A DNA stretch of 64,000 bases from Mytilus trossulus (taxonomy: Eukaryota), in the NCBI RefSeq assembly GCF_036588685.1, contig NC_086374.1, forward strand, positions 45,384,001-45,448,000, given 5' to 3'. The notes below the pieces were generated by a model. It was not told the DNA's origin, made no database searches, and saw only the letters and a program-made list of their open reading frames with translations. Shown in pieces: positions 63,193-64,000 of this stretch. The translations under genes were made by a program, and so were the position numbers. Position 1 is the first letter of the stretch. Every line of letters begins with the position of its first letter.

Positions 63193-63522
63193 TTAAATTA
63201 GAGCATTGTGATAGAGAGATGAAAGATACCATACAGTTATTCAAACTCATAAATTAACAACAATTTGACAACGCCATGTTCAAATAACGAAAAATTATCA
63301 ATAGACATAGAACAGTCTACAAAGCTAAAGACTGAGGTACACGAACTTTGCCAAACGTTAATATTTGTATTTGTCTCATCAAAATCACACACACCGAATA
63401 TGAAATGTTTGATAGTGCGTGCTTAAATGAGACATATTTATCTAGAATACTCAAAAATTCCAGTCAAACATTTATTTTTACATAATCGTACAAATGCGTC
63501 AATGCTTCCATTATAGCATTTA

Positions 63523-63822
63523 GGGAGCTACCATTTGATTGTTAGGGAAGGGGGGGGGGGGGGGGGGGGGCTAGGATGAAAAATTTTGTCCTGCATTTTT
63601 GCTTAGCTGTAATCTCTGTCCTGCCTTTTCATTTTTCACTCTGTTCGGTCCTTTTTTTTTTTTAGTTTATCCTGACTTTTTTTTACCTAAATTGTCGTTC
63701 TGCCCTTTTTTTTTGCAAGTGTCTCATCCTGCCTTTTTTTTACTCAAAACTCCTGTCCTGCCTATTTTTTTCAAATTTCATCCTAGCCCCCCGCCCCCCA
63801 TACAAATCAAATAGTAGCTCCC
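63523..63822. mobile_element. Related Harbinger-like MITE with G/C tracts and internal TCCTGCC-T repeats
   Basis: TIRs GGGAGCTAC(C/T)ATTTGATT...GGGGCTAGGATGAAA; left flank TTA, right target site not matching. Confidence 0.8.
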
Positions 63823-64000
63823 ATGGGCAAGTCATGGAATTAACTGTATATTTAATAGCCAGACCTGGGAGCATTCAAACAGTGAATTGAATATGATACC
63901 CTTTTATCATTAGAAACATCCAGGCTGATTCCAATTGTCTTCACTACAATCCTGTCCCTTTCCTACGAATGTATCCTACTTTTATACTTGAAACCGGATG

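Overview
AT-rich, repeat-dense eukaryotic DNA. The repeat families look like bivalve DNA, most like Mytilus (inference). One protein-coding gene can be reconstructed: a + strand, 7-coding-exon gene (44081-55491, 323 aa) encoding a signal peptide, a single six-bladed YWTD (LDLR class B) beta-propeller with no EGF or LDLa domains, a Ser/Thr linker and a hydrophobic C-terminus resembling a GPI-anchor signal. The most striking non-coding signal is a dispersed set of about 12 type I hammerhead ribozyme (HHR) motifs in three sequence families. Four have intact catalytic cores (11073, 35315, 42006, 58025). The families show compensatory base-pair changes and a short self-complementary stem III, and sit in ~150-310 bp retrozyme-like repeats. 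Alongside them are many 5'-truncated relics of Penelope-like retroelements (RT C-terminal motifs at 10319, 55522 and ~57920), the likely mobilising machinery. Also present: a LINE 3' end, two tRNA-derived SINEs, PIF/Harbinger-like MITEs, a 1.4 kb TIR element with subterminal repeat arrays, a 37-bp TIR-only palindrome and several minisatellites. Most ORFs in the supplied track are spurious.
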